IMG/VR virus record: IMGVR_UViG_3300024239_000011
Coordinates: 372,001-436,000 of that record
DNA: 64,000 nt
Strand: one strand, 5' to 3'
Shown: one piece after another, positions 8,871-17,481 of the stretch
How positions within the stretch are numbered: position 1 is the stretch's first letter
Layout of the letters: every line of letters begins with the position of its first letter
Notes under the pieces: generated by a model
What the model was told of the DNA's origin: nothing
Seen by the model: only the letters and a program-made list of their open reading frames with translations
Databases searched by the model: none
Translations under genes and position numbers: made by a program

Positions 8871-10565
8871 TCAAAATGAGAATAGGTCAGTATCAAGCTC
8901 GACCTTAGGTTTCTTTCTACTACCAGCAGACTTGGTTCCCGCAGCGATTACCGATTGTGCATTTTTCGCAACTACGAACATGTCTTCGAAAGTCGTATTG
9001 TTACTAATACGAGACAAATCCCACTGAAGAATGCCAATCAGATTGTCAATCTTCACGTCGATCATCGAGTTTTCCATTTTCTCGTGATCGAATGGCATCT
9101 TCTTAAACCAATCAGGTAGATTATGTTCCGGTACATCTACCGGGCGGGCAATACTTTCAATTCCGTAGGGATTACTTTTCAACTGACAAACCACCACCTT
9201 GTCACCATCCTTAATCGGCGGTGTGGCATGGTCAGTCATGATTTCAAGCATGTTGTTGAAGTTGATCGCGGCGCGAACGTGACCGGGCATGTTGACCTTA
9301 CCGGTCTTGATGTCGATTTCACAATCTTCGTCGTCTTCGAAATTGATATCATCAACCTCAAGTTCTTCCAGCTTGTTGCCGTACTTGGTTAACCCCTTGA
9401 TGGCGGTGGGACGACCTTTCTGCCAACCGGGACGCGCTTGGAACTTTTCACGGAAATCGCGGACGTAATCGATCACTTCGTCTTCCGGGATACCCTTCAG
9501 AACCTTGATCAGCACCTCTTCAAGGAAGTCCTGCACAAACGCCGGGGTGTCCGAACGCTTGGTTTCAAGACCCATCGCCTTCAGCTTGCCGGGCTTGCCG
9601 TCCACGTCATACCGCTTGCCTTCGTTGTCGATGACCAGCGCGGCATACCGCTTCTTCTTGATGTACATGGCGTTTTCCGCCACGATTTCACGACCAGCCG
9701 CAATGATCGCGCCGCGCTCAAGACCAGTATTGAACGTCCGATCCATGAACTCAGGGAAGGACTCGTTGGTCACATCTGCGATGTCGTCGTACAGCTTGAT
9801 GATGGCGTCCTTGTCGGTCCAATCGAAGGTCGGCGCCATGCCACCGAACTTACCACCGAACACCCCGGTACCGCCGTCCCCAAGCGTGGTGACGGTTTCC
9901 ACGATGGGCGGGAATGCCTTCTCAAGCTTCGCGGTGAATTCGTTTTCCCATGCTTCGATATCGGCATCTTCGCCGCATTCACGGATTTCATCTTCACTGA
10001 GCGCCATTTGAAGTACATCTGTCTGCTCAGCGGTCAACTCCTTGAGAACCGCAATGATCGCATTGTCATCGCCGGATTCAGTCGCCTTGTGGAACTTCCC
10101 AAAGATTTCACCAAGCTGTTCTTCGGACGAAATCACGTTGGTTTTCGGGGTCGCTTTAGTCCAAGCGTTGTAAACGCTGAAATACGCGGAGTCGGTATCA
10201 CCATAAATCATCGCCGGTCCCAAGTGATTGTAGTCACCCGTGACCAATTCGTTGATCTTGCCCATCATGTGACGCACGATACAGCGACCCGTCAGGGTAA
10301 CAGACTGCCCGATCCGAGGATCGAACCAACGCGACCCTTCGTTCAAGATGCAACCATACAACGAGTTAAGCTTAATCTTTGCAATCAATTGTTGCATATC
10401 CCAGTATTCGTACTGGTCCATGTAATACTGCTTATTTGCAGGGAGAATATGTCCATCTTTGAAGATCAGATCATACTCGATCATATAAGCCTTGAGGGCT
10501 TCAACATCACGCGCCGATACCAAACCCTTTAGATGGTCCAAGCTATATTCTTTTACTTCGGACAA
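8871..10565 (-). CDS. Family B DNA polymerase, C-terminal subunit (second fingers helix, palm, thumb)
   Basis: Motif B KIKLNSLYG, motif C YGDTDS, KKKRYA, KAMGLETKRSDTP; TTG start. Confidence 0.95.
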   Translation of the reverse strand: MSEVKEYSLDHLKGLVSARDVEALKAYMIEYDLIFKDGHILPANKQYYMDQYEYWDMQQLIAKIKLNSLYGCILNEGSRWFDPRIGQSVTLTGRCIVRHMMGKINELVTGDYNHLGPAMIYGDTDSAYFSVYNAWTKATPKTNVISSEEQLGEIFGKFHKATESGDDNAIIAVLKELTAEQTDVLQMALSEDEIRECGEDADIEAWENEFTAKLEKAFPPIVETVTTLGDGGTGVFGGKFGGMAPTFDWTDKDAIIKLYDDIADVTNESFPEFMDRTFNTGLERGAIIAAGREIVAENAMYIKKKRYAALVIDNEGKRYDVDGKPGKLKAMGLETKRSDTPAFVQDFLEEVLIKVLKGIPEDEVIDYVRDFREKFQARPGWQKGRPTAIKGLTKYGNKLEELEVDDINFEDDEDCEIDIKTGKVNMPGHVRAAINFNNMLEIMTDHATPPIKDGDKVVVCQLKSNPYGIESIARPVDVPEHNLPDWFKKMPFDHEKMENSMIDVKIDNLIGILQWDLSRISNNTTFEDMFVVAKNAQSVIAAGTKSAGSRKKPKVELDTDLFSF

Positions 10566-10620
10566 CTCTTTTTCCCTCAGACTAAATAACTACAGGATCA
10601 TTCCAAATGAGAGGTGTCAC

Positions 10621-11607
10621 GTGGAAACCACGGTAGCTTGTATGATTTGCGGAGAGAGGCATAAGCGAATCACTCGTACTCATCTCAAAAAGCATGATAT
10701 GACGACCGATCAGTACAAAGCAATTTTCCCGGATGCCCCTATTGTGAGCGAAGAACTCTCGTATAAACTTGGCGAATATGGTCGTAGTGACGACTGCCAT
10801 AATAGAAAAGAAGAATACCGCAAGATGGTCGGAGATAATCAGCGCGGACGAAAGCGTTCGGATATTACGCGCCAACGAATCTCTGAAGCACGAACTGGTG
10901 TATCTTGGGGATCGCATACCGAAGAACACAAAGAATACATGCGCGAAGTGATGCGCGAAGATGCGAAACGGCGCCTAGCAGAAGGCATTTGGCCGCCTGT
11001 CCAAACCCCAGAAGGGAGAAAACGGAACTCCGAACGCATGAAGCAAAAATGGGCAAACGGGGATTTCAACCATTTACAACAAGTAACTCGTACAAATTGG
11101 GAAAACGGAGTGTTTGCGAATGTTTGGACAGAAGAACTACGTGCCAAACAATCTGCGAACCGCGTCCGGTACCTTAAAGAGAACCCAACCAAGAAAACCG
11201 ATACCGGGCTTGAATTAAACTTCAAAGCGTTTCTCGAACAGCACGGGATCGCGTATGAGCATCAATACATCGTTGATGACACTCGGTCGGGGCAATGGCT
11301 GTTCGATTTCTACATCCCGTCCCTCAATCTACTGGTCGAAGTCGATGGGGAATACTACCACACAATCAGCCTGCGGCAGATCAACCGGGATAAGCGCAAG
11401 CAGAACTGTGCATGGAAACGTGGATACCATTTCTTGCGTATTTCCGACAAAGACTGGCGCCCCGAATTGGTATTCGAGACGCCAGATGCCTGGAAGGAAC
11501 ATAGCATTGCTTTAGTGGATCACCGCCGGAACGACCAGTTGATCGAAGTGCGCGTGGCTGCTGTACCATCCGATGCCGAGTTGGCAAGCGACTTATTCAG
11601 TTGGTGA
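10621..11607 (+). CDS. Free-standing homing-endonuclease-like protein: Ros/MucR-like zinc finger + NUMOD3 + DUF559/Vsr-like PD-(D/E)XK nuclease
   Basis: CMIC...HLKKH, HTEEHKE and RQRISEA NUMOD3 motifs, FDFYIP...VEVDGEYYH; GTG start after GAGGT; CTAAATA at 10582. Confidence 0.8.
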   Translation: METTVACMICGERHKRITRTHLKKHDMTTDQYKAIFPDAPIVSEELSYKLGEYGRSDDCHNRKEEYRKMVGDNQRGRKRSDITRQRISEARTGVSWGSHTEEHKEYMREVMREDAKRRLAEGIWPPVQTPEGRKRNSERMKQKWANGDFNHLQQVTRTNWENGVFANVWTEELRAKQSANRVRYLKENPTKKTDTGLELNFKAFLEQHGIAYEHQYIVDDTRSGQWLFDFYIPSLNLLVEVDGEYYHTISLRQINRDKRKQNCAWKRGYHFLRISDKDWRPELVFETPDAWKEHSIALVDHRRNDQLIEVRVAAVPSDAELASDLFSW

Positions 11608-11631
11608 CCAACCACAGTTTCTCGTCAACAT

Positions 11632-11787
11632 TTACTCGATCATGTCCAGTAAAGCCTCTGCGATTTCTGTGGCTTTACTAGCCGATACTTGATAGCAAAC
11701 ACCCTCAATCACGAGCATGGCACCTTCATCGGAGCCAACAACGACCGGGACCACTGTTTCAAAGAGTTCATCATCCCATGTGTTCAT
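11632..11787 (-). CDS. Small hypothetical protein (51 aa, below ORF-track cutoff)
   Basis: Manual translation MNTWDDELFETVVPVVVGSDEGAMLVIEGVCYQVSASKATEIAEALLDMIE. Confidence 0.5.
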   Translation of the reverse strand: MNTWDDELFETVVPVVVGSDEGAMLVIEGVCYQVSASKATEIAEALLDMIE

Positions 11788-11806
11788 AATTCGACCCGGA
11801 GCAACG

Positions 11807-11835
11807 ATGGCGTCATGATCAAATCATGACGCCAT
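11807..11835. repeat. 13-bp inverted repeat
   Basis: atggcgtcatgat-caa-atcatgacgccat, just past the pentapeptide gene stop. Confidence 0.65.
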
Positions 11836-11840
11836 TGCGT

Positions 11841-12122
11841 TTAGTAACGATCAGTACCAGTAGTTCCGGCACTATTTACGGTGTTCTGCGTCGGCTCCAT
11901 AAGCTTTGCAATGTTAACACCGTTTATCACCAGACCAGTTATATCGACATTTTCAAATACCGCATGGCTCAGATCAACATCGTTGAAATTTGCCCCGGCG
12001 AGTGAAACATCGATAAACTCTGCGTCTCGCATGTTAGCGTCTTGGAAGCGGGCACTAACAAAATTTGCCCCGCAAATAATTGCCCGGTTTGGTTGATCGC
12101 TATCAGTTGTACGCTTTGGCAT
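11841..12122 (-). CDS. Pentapeptide repeat protein
   Basis: ANFVS ARFQD ANMRD AEFID VSLAG ANFND VDLSH AVFEN VDITG. Confidence 0.85.
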   Translation of the reverse strand: MPKRTTDSDQPNRAIICGANFVSARFQDANMRDAEFIDVSLAGANFNDVDLSHAVFENVDITGLVINGVNIAKLMEPTQNTVNSAGTTGTDRY

Positions 12123-12640
12123 TACGCCCTCCATTCACTGTTGTGATTAACAAAAGAATAATTTCTGTACAAATAAAGTGCAAATATGTTGCAAGACGCG
12201 CCAAGGACATCACCACACATCCCGGCATATGAATTTTCTGAGAAATTGTAGTAGAACCAAAAAGGTGCTGATAGCAAATTGAACAGTCTCAGTGTTTGTG
12301 GGTTTGTACTAAAACTGGCGTAAGTATTGAGTATAGATGCAATCCCGACCATCACGTTAGGCACCGTTACCGCAGTGGCACCGATCATGATGACAGGCAA
12401 AATGTAGAATATCGATTTGACATATGCATTATTGGTATTCAACGCAACTATACCTCTTACCCCAGCAATCCCATCTATGATAGCTCCGGAATATGCGTCC
12501 AACAGAAAGTAATGGACTACGTAACATCCAATACCGATAGTCCCCGCCATAATGATATGGCGTGTTGTCTTCCAAAAGGTCGATGTGACGCCAACAATTA
12601 AACCAACAAAACCAATGAGTTGAGCTACCGTTTCGAACAT
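12122..12640 (-). CDS. YgjV-like multi-pass inner membrane protein
   Basis: AQLIG...HYFLLDAYSGA...R...LR...WFYYN pattern, hydrophobic. Confidence 0.7.
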   Translation of the reverse strand: MFETVAQLIGFVGLIVGVTSTFWKTTRHIIMAGTIGIGCYVVHYFLLDAYSGAIIDGIAGVRGIVALNTNNAYVKSIFYILPVIMIGATAVTVPNVMVGIASILNTYASFSTNPQTLRLFNLLSAPFWFYYNFSENSYAGMCGDVLGASCNIFALYLYRNYSFVNHNSEWRA

Positions 12641-13071
12641 GGCACACGTTCCCAATGGTTCCACGGGTCATCCCAACTTGCGATATTGAACCCGTACACG
12701 GTCGCCAAGTGTTCGGATTGTGCATGTCCAGGGCGGATCGAAACCGTAAGAATCTTATCTGCATACAGGGTTAGGCGATGTTGCCACAGCAAATGTGCAA
12801 GCCTTTTTCCACGATGTGAGGGAAGAATGATCCCACCAAGCAAATGGGTCGAAGGCATGTCATACGGATAACATCCATTGACAATAACGCTACACCAGCC
12901 GACAACGGTTTCTTCTTCTTTCAACCACCATGATTTGATTGGTCCATACTGACAGTTCGTAATTTCTGCTGTCGTATACCAATCACCATCATGCATATTC
13001 TCGGACGCCAGTTGCTCATAGTAAGGCAAATCACGTTCCGTAAGTTCATGAAAACTATACTTCATTGGCAT
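12625..13071 (-). CDS. GNAT-family acetyltransferase
   Basis: ILPSHRGKRLA acetyl-CoA motif A; terminal ATVYGF. Confidence 0.75.
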   Translation of the reverse strand: MPMKYSFHELTERDLPYYEQLASENMHDGDWYTTAEITNCQYGPIKSWWLKEEETVVGWCSVIVNGCYPYDMPSTHLLGGIILPSHRGKRLAHLLWQHRLTLYADKILTVSIRPGHAQSEHLATVYGFNIASWDDPWNHWERVPCSKR

Positions 13072-13597
13072 TTTCTATTGATGAATAGTGGTCAGAGACG
13101 ACCGTGAATTCTATAGTGGGTGTCATGCCATCTTTCGGACAAGCAGCCTGATACTCTTTGATCCAGCACCCGACGAAATTAGCCCAATCCATCGACCGAT
13201 CTTCCTCGGCAGACCCAATGATCATGTCAAATTTGCATGCGGAAAAAGAGGTGGTGCGCATGGCGTCGCGCATTCGGTCAACCTGTTCCATCGCCCACCG
13301 GCACCCATCCGACCCATACGAAAAACCAACCGTGATCGTGGTGGTGCGACGAACAGGTACGTCACAACTCAAGGTGTTGTATAACAGGGGGACCGTCTTG
13401 CTCTTAGGCGTTGGTTTAAAACTCAACCACGCCTTCAGTTTTTCCCAGATGGTGGGTTTGACTTCTCGTGAGGTCGGTAAGACAATGCTTTGTTGACGGG
13501 TTTCGCACTGAATGGACGGTCCCCCCGTACACCAGAACTGCTGATCGCCAATCTTGACGTAATTTTTGACCATGATTGGGTTGGGCAAATCCATCAT
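13055..13597 (-). CDS. Hypothetical protein with possible divergent tail-tube (gp19-like) C-terminus
   Basis: KFDMII...FVGCW...PTIEFTVVSD resembles recalled tail-tube C-termini. Confidence 0.4.
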   Translation of the reverse strand: MMDLPNPIMVKNYVKIGDQQFWCTGGPSIQCETRQQSIVLPTSREVKPTIWEKLKAWLSFKPTPKSKTVPLLYNTLSCDVPVRRTTTITVGFSYGSDGCRWAMEQVDRMRDAMRTTSFSACKFDMIIGSAEEDRSMDWANFVGCWIKEYQAACPKDGMTPTIEFTVVSDHYSSIENANEV

Positions 13598-13863
13598 CAG
13601 TCCTCACGCGGGTCCACGGGCGGACGTGGCATCGGCATCCAAACAGTCGGATTGTACTGGGTTCCACCCAGGTAATCGTTCAACGCATCATCAGATTCGA
13701 AAACGCCTTCCGGATCGAACGATACCCATTGATCACGGAACCATTGTCCGCAGCACGGCTCGTAGGCGACGTAGCTGCCGTCAGGGAGATACCCAGCAAC
13801 ACACAGAATGATACGAGTGCCGTCTTTTGGTGCTGTTGATATGTCTTGCCACATGAACATCAA
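13597..13863 (-). CDS. DUF551-like phage protein
   Basis: WQDISTAPKDGT...PTVWMPMP. Confidence 0.8.
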   Translation of the reverse strand: MMFMWQDISTAPKDGTRIILCVAGYLPDGSYVAYEPCCGQWFRDQWVSFDPEGVFESDDALNDYLGGTQYNPTVWMPMPRPPVDPRED

Positions 13864-14090
13864 TACTTTCCTACGATGGCTCGGATCGCCCCAAGATAAT
13901 CTGATGATCGAAGATTGCGCAACGCTTCACGCAATTTCTGATCGGCAGCCGCCCAACGTGCCGCAGATTCACGGCACAATTGTTCAAATGCCCGTTGCGA
14001 GTGAACTATTTCGTCAAACGACGGAACGAAAGGGTCTTTGGGTAGCAGCTTCATTTCATCACCTATCTGATGGGTCGTAAGCCCGTACAT
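13860..14090 (-). CDS. Hypothetical protein
   Basis: Coupled ORF in the small-gene run; start uncertain. Confidence 0.5.
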   Translation of the reverse strand: MYGLTTHQIGDEMKLLPKDPFVPSFDEIVHSQRAFEQLCRESAARWAAADQKLREALRNLRSSDYLGAIRAIVGKY

Positions 14091-14166
14091 CAGCAGTTTT
14101 CGCCCCAGGTATCTTCCCGAGGTTCGGCTTGATGCGCCAGTTCGCGCAGCGTTTCGAGCGGGATGG

Positions 14167-14514
14167 TCATGGGTTTCCTTTCTGTCTGGTTAATCGACGC
14201 TCATCACAATCTTTACGCCATTTCTGCAACCGTGCAGTCACAACCGGATCGAGACTTGCCAATAATTCCTCACCTTCGTTGCAATAATGGTAATAAAGCG
14301 GCTGCCATTCGTCATCGTCAGTTAATCCGTAATGTCGATTGAGCTTAATTTCGGCATCGCGACATTCAAGGTGATGGCGTAAAACATAAACGTCCCCGTC
14401 ATAAACGCCTCTGTATTCACTGTATGCTTGACCGAGTGTAATCATGGTTTGGCATCCCTGACACCGATGCTCTTTCCGAGCGGTGCGGGTTTGTTCCGTC
14501 AGACAAACCATCAC
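14167..14514 (-). CDS. Hypothetical phage protein with zinc-binding motif
   Basis: ARKEHRCQGC...HLEC; GTGA overlap with the upstream gene. Confidence 0.65.
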   Translation of the reverse strand: MMVCLTEQTRTARKEHRCQGCQTMITLGQAYSEYRGVYDGDVYVLRHHLECRDAEIKLNRHYGLTDDDEWQPLYYHYCNEGEELLASLDPVVTARLQKWRKDCDERRLTRQKGNP

Positions 14515-14732
14515 GTTTCCTCGCTCGCATACATGCGGTGGCTTTCTGCATGCCCTTTGATCCAATTTCGAAGTCGTTGGAGACGAACCACCGCCCGCAA
14601 ATATTCGTTTTTGTCAATCATGATGTGGTCTAGTCCTGGCTCAGATGGTTCATACGTCCCACCAACCAATGCCTGCATGACTTCATCAATCGACACTGCG
14701 AACCGGTCAAAATCATTTTCGTTTGAATACAT
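14511..14732 (-). CDS. Hypothetical protein
   Basis: ORF in a coupled run; start at MYSNE after GGGGG. Confidence 0.55.
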   Translation of the reverse strand: MYSNENDFDRFAVSIDEVMQALVGGTYEPSEPGLDHIMIDKNEYLRAVVRLQRLRNWIKGHAESHRMYASEET

Positions 14733-14736
14733 GACA

Positions 14737-15009
14737 TCATCCCCCATTCTCGGTAACACCACGTCGGGTGCCCGTACCTTGTTTGAATTCCTGCGACATA
14801 GCGAAGATCAAATCCGCCTTCCTCTTTTCTAGGAAGTCCATCACCTCGGCATGGGTCAGGCTTACGATAGGTGTGGAGAATTGGTCACCATCGCTATCGC
14901 GCCCGCTTGCCATCACAGTAAACCCGCTACGGGAATGCGATTTGGCCTTTCCAAGCGCGGCTTCCACATCGCTGAGTTTCTTCGCCAATTCCACTATAAT
15001 TTGGCTCAC
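14737..15009 (-). CDS. Hypothetical protein
   Basis: GTGA-coupled 90-aa ORF. Confidence 0.55.
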   Translation of the reverse strand: MSQIIVELAKKLSDVEAALGKAKSHSRSGFTVMASGRDSDGDQFSTPIVSLTHAEVMDFLEKRKADLIFAMSQEFKQGTGTRRGVTENGG

Positions 15010-15269
15010 CGTTTCGACTCCTTCTTGATCTTGAACCCTTTGAACACGGGCGGGATCACGGTGGGCGTGCTGCTGATACGGCCACCAGAGTAATGGTCGC
15101 CGCTGTTGTCCAGGCGACCACCTTCAATGATTACTTCAAGGTCATCTGCCACAACGTGGATGTTGTGTTCTTCCATGAGATAATCCGCAACGATCTCGCG
15201 GATGTCCTTCTCGTTGATAGTCACCGTGAGGACTTCGGTGATACTGATACCGGATACTTTCTTGTCCAT
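15006..15269 (-). CDS. Hypothetical protein
   Basis: 87-aa ORF with GC3-rich codons. Confidence 0.6.
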   Translation of the reverse strand: MDKKVSGISITEVLTVTINEKDIREIVADYLMEEHNIHVVADDLEVIIEGGRLDNSGDHYSGGRISSTPTVIPPVFKGFKIKKESKR

Positions 15270-15322
15270 TGACGCTCACCATCTTGAGTAGTATGGTATG
15301 ACTGTTACAGGGAGTACCGACG

Positions 15323-15490
15323 ATGCATACGATCCAACGCATTACCGATATGCTTCAACAAGAGCATGACGGCTACACAATCAACTATTCGGTTCTGCAT
15401 GATCTGGCATCACACGCATTGCCCGAGAACCCCGATCTCAAACACACCCTGGTCAGCGTGATCAATCGCTGTAGGCGTATTTTGAAGTAG
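15323..15490 (+). CDS. Small hypothetical protein (55 aa) with its own sigma70-like promoter
   Basis: MHTIQRITDMLQQEHDGYTINYSVLHDLASHALPENPDLKHTLVSVINRCRRILK; SD GGGAG; TTGACG-N17-TATGGT at 15269-15297. Confidence 0.6.
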   Translation: MHTIQRITDMLQQEHDGYTINYSVLHDLASHALPENPDLKHTLVSVINRCRRILK

Positions 15491-15625
15491 CCGGGCTTCC
15501 ACCGGTCCCCGACACTTAATCACTGGCATACTTCATCAGCCAGCCCCGCTGTCGTCACGTCCGTACCCGGTCCCCGTCTACGTGGTCGGCGTTGGTACGG
15601 AACAGTCTGTCCACCTCGGTGTGCG

Positions 15626-16309
15626 TTAGTAGTCGTAGCGGTTGGGGTGCGTTTCTTCGAGATATTCGGTATCCACAATGACACGGGTTTTTGCAGCGTG
15701 CATGAAGAACATGTCACGCTCGAACCCATAGAGGTTGCCCATGAACAGGTCTTTCTTCACGTCAGTACCACGAAGCGTCACCGAGAACAATTTACCATCC
15801 TCACCAATACCAAGCTGAATAGCGCAGCTATACTTGGTAGTGTTGGAATCCTTGTCTAAGTAGAGCCAATACGATCTGTATTGGCTTTTTTCAAGTATGG
15901 CAGTGACGGCATCGTCGCAAGCTTCGTTGTCGCTGCGAACCCATTCCTTGAACTTCTCGACCAACTCGGACAACTTAATCACCTCCGGGGCGCTAGTCCC
16001 CAATAGGTTCTCAAGGTCTTTCTCAAGTTGCTGGGCACCCATCGTTTCGATCAAGGCACCCAGTTTTCGTTGGACAATACCGAGAACGATATTATTGTAA
16101 CCGGGCAACCCAAGCTGACTTAAATCGACCTTAAGCGTTTCCTGAATCGCTTTTTCAAGATTTCGACCGAACTCAGAGTATGAGCGCAAAGCGTTTTCAA
16201 CAATGTCCTCGACCGTTTTTTCGATCTTGGTTTGTATCATTGTTTCAAGTTTACCGCTTTCTGATAGATGGCGTATTGATTGCAACACCACGTCTTCGAA
16301 CTGTTTCAT
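15626..16309 (-). CDS. Conserved phage hypothetical protein
   Basis: ALRSYSEFG...LGLPGYN...IKLSELV pattern; ATGA-coupled start MKQFE. Confidence 0.7.
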   Translation of the reverse strand: MKQFEDVVLQSIRHLSESGKLETMIQTKIEKTVEDIVENALRSYSEFGRNLEKAIQETLKVDLSQLGLPGYNNIVLGIVQRKLGALIETMGAQQLEKDLENLLGTSAPEVIKLSELVEKFKEWVRSDNEACDDAVTAILEKSQYRSYWLYLDKDSNTTKYSCAIQLGIGEDGKLFSVTLRGTDVKKDLFMGNLYGFERDMFFMHAAKTRVIVDTEYLEETHPNRYDY

Positions 16310-16608
16310 TTGTTTTTCTCGTAGTAATGGTCGTGAAGCTGACAATTGTTGATGACCATGCCTTCTTCGAACCAGTTGTTTCCGTTTTCTTGATTGTAAG
16401 CCTTATCTTCCGGGTGTGGTGATAGGCAGATATCCAAGGCAGGCAAAGGAAGAGTATTGCCATCAACGATGTTCAGAATAGAAAACGCTACGCCATCGCA
16501 CCGCTCCTTGGGCGATTTGTCGGGCAAATTTGCCCAGAAATCAGCAATCCCCCGGATGTGGCGAAGGAATATGTCCCGGACTTCTTCAGCCGTATATGCA
16601 CGCGACAT
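16306..16608 (-). CDS. Conserved phage hypothetical protein
   Basis: RAYTAEEVR...ERCDGVAFSILNIVDG...LP...PHPEDK. Confidence 0.7.
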   Translation of the reverse strand: MSRAYTAEEVRDIFLRHIRGIADFWANLPDKSPKERCDGVAFSILNIVDGNTLPLPALDICLSPHPEDKAYNQENGNNWFEEGMVINNCQLHDHYYEKNK

Positions 16609-16609
16609 A

Positions 16610-16996
16610 TCAGTGATCCTTTATGTGCGTGTCATACGCGCTTTGATCCATAAGACGGTCCAACTCTTCCGGTGCCGTGATCCGCAGCTTGACGAACCAT
16701 CCTGCATCCATTGGCGAGATGTTGATCAATGAGGTGTCTGTGATCAGCGCATTATTGACCTCAACTACCTCACCGGAAAGCGGTGCAAACACATCACTGG
16801 CAGCTTTAACCGACTCGACTACGGCTAAATCCATCCCTCTAGAAACAGTTTTCCCGACCTCTGGGAGGTCAACAAACACAATGTCACCGAGTGCATGTTG
16901 CGCATAATTAGTGATGCCCACGGTGGCAATGTCGCCCTCCACGGAAACCCATTCATGTTCGGAGGTGAACTTGATCATTTCGTTTGAAAATCCCAC
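16610..16996 (-). CDS. gcvH: Glycine cleavage system H protein (lipoyl carrier)
   Basis: HEW, VGITNYAQ..LGDIVFV, VESVKAASD with the lipoyl-Lys, N.SP...GW. Confidence 0.95.
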   Translation of the reverse strand: MGFSNEMIKFTSEHEWVSVEGDIATVGITNYAQHALGDIVFVDLPEVGKTVSRGMDLAVVESVKAASDVFAPLSGEVVEVNNALITDTSLINISPMDAGWFVKLRITAPEELDRLMDQSAYDTHIKDH

Positions 16997-17080
16997 ATGA
17001 TTCGATTACTAGGTATTCTATTGGTCATGCAGAGACATCCGCAATTTTTATATGCTGCTGATAAAAAGGACAGTATTCTA

Positions 17081-17428
17081 ATGGCTTTTGAGTACCGGAT
17101 CGTATCGGAGCAAGAATTCCGAACCAAACTGATAGAAGCACTGAAGAATTGCCCGGCTAAATCGGTCACTGGACCGGGCAGAAGCGGTGCAATTGCTGCT
17201 GCCTATACCAGCCACCTTTTGGACATACCGTTTGTCCCTTATGGTCGAAAAGTTGGACCCGACCTCCAACCGCTCTTAATTGTGGATACCGCGCTGTATT
17301 CTGGTTCCACCATGCGGAAAGCCGAGAAGCAATATCAGGGCGCCCATTTAATCAAGCGGTGGCTGTATGCAGAACCGCCGATGGTGCGGTTCTGGTACGA
17401 ATTCCCATTCGATACGGCATCCGCATAA
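17081..17428 (+). CDS. Minimal type I phosphoribosyltransferase-like protein
   Basis: GPGRSG pyrophosphate loop; LLIVDTALYSGSTM PRPP-binding loop. Confidence 0.65.
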   Translation: MAFEYRIVSEQEFRTKLIEALKNCPAKSVTGPGRSGAIAAAYTSHLLDIPFVPYGRKVGPDLQPLLIVDTALYSGSTMRKAEKQYQGAHLIKRWLYAEPPMVRFWYEFPFDTASA

Positions 17429-17481
17429 GGAAAGGGCGCCCTTCTCATCGGTAGTCACTAGGACACATTGCATCGATCAAT

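Noticed and set aside
9438-10532. Long plus-strand ORFs antisense to real genes (also 18067-18765, 22562-23803, 29689-30522, 33082-34635, 36675-38075)
   Set aside because: They mirror strongly codon-biased minus-strand genes and show no recognisable motifs or translation signals; typical shadow ORFs
10492-10620. ORF-track upstream extensions (also 1363-1404, 23933-23974, 35613-35675, 47446-47667)
   Set aside because: They overlap neighbouring genes or promoters; downstream starts fit better with SD sequences, promoter positions or paralogue N-termini
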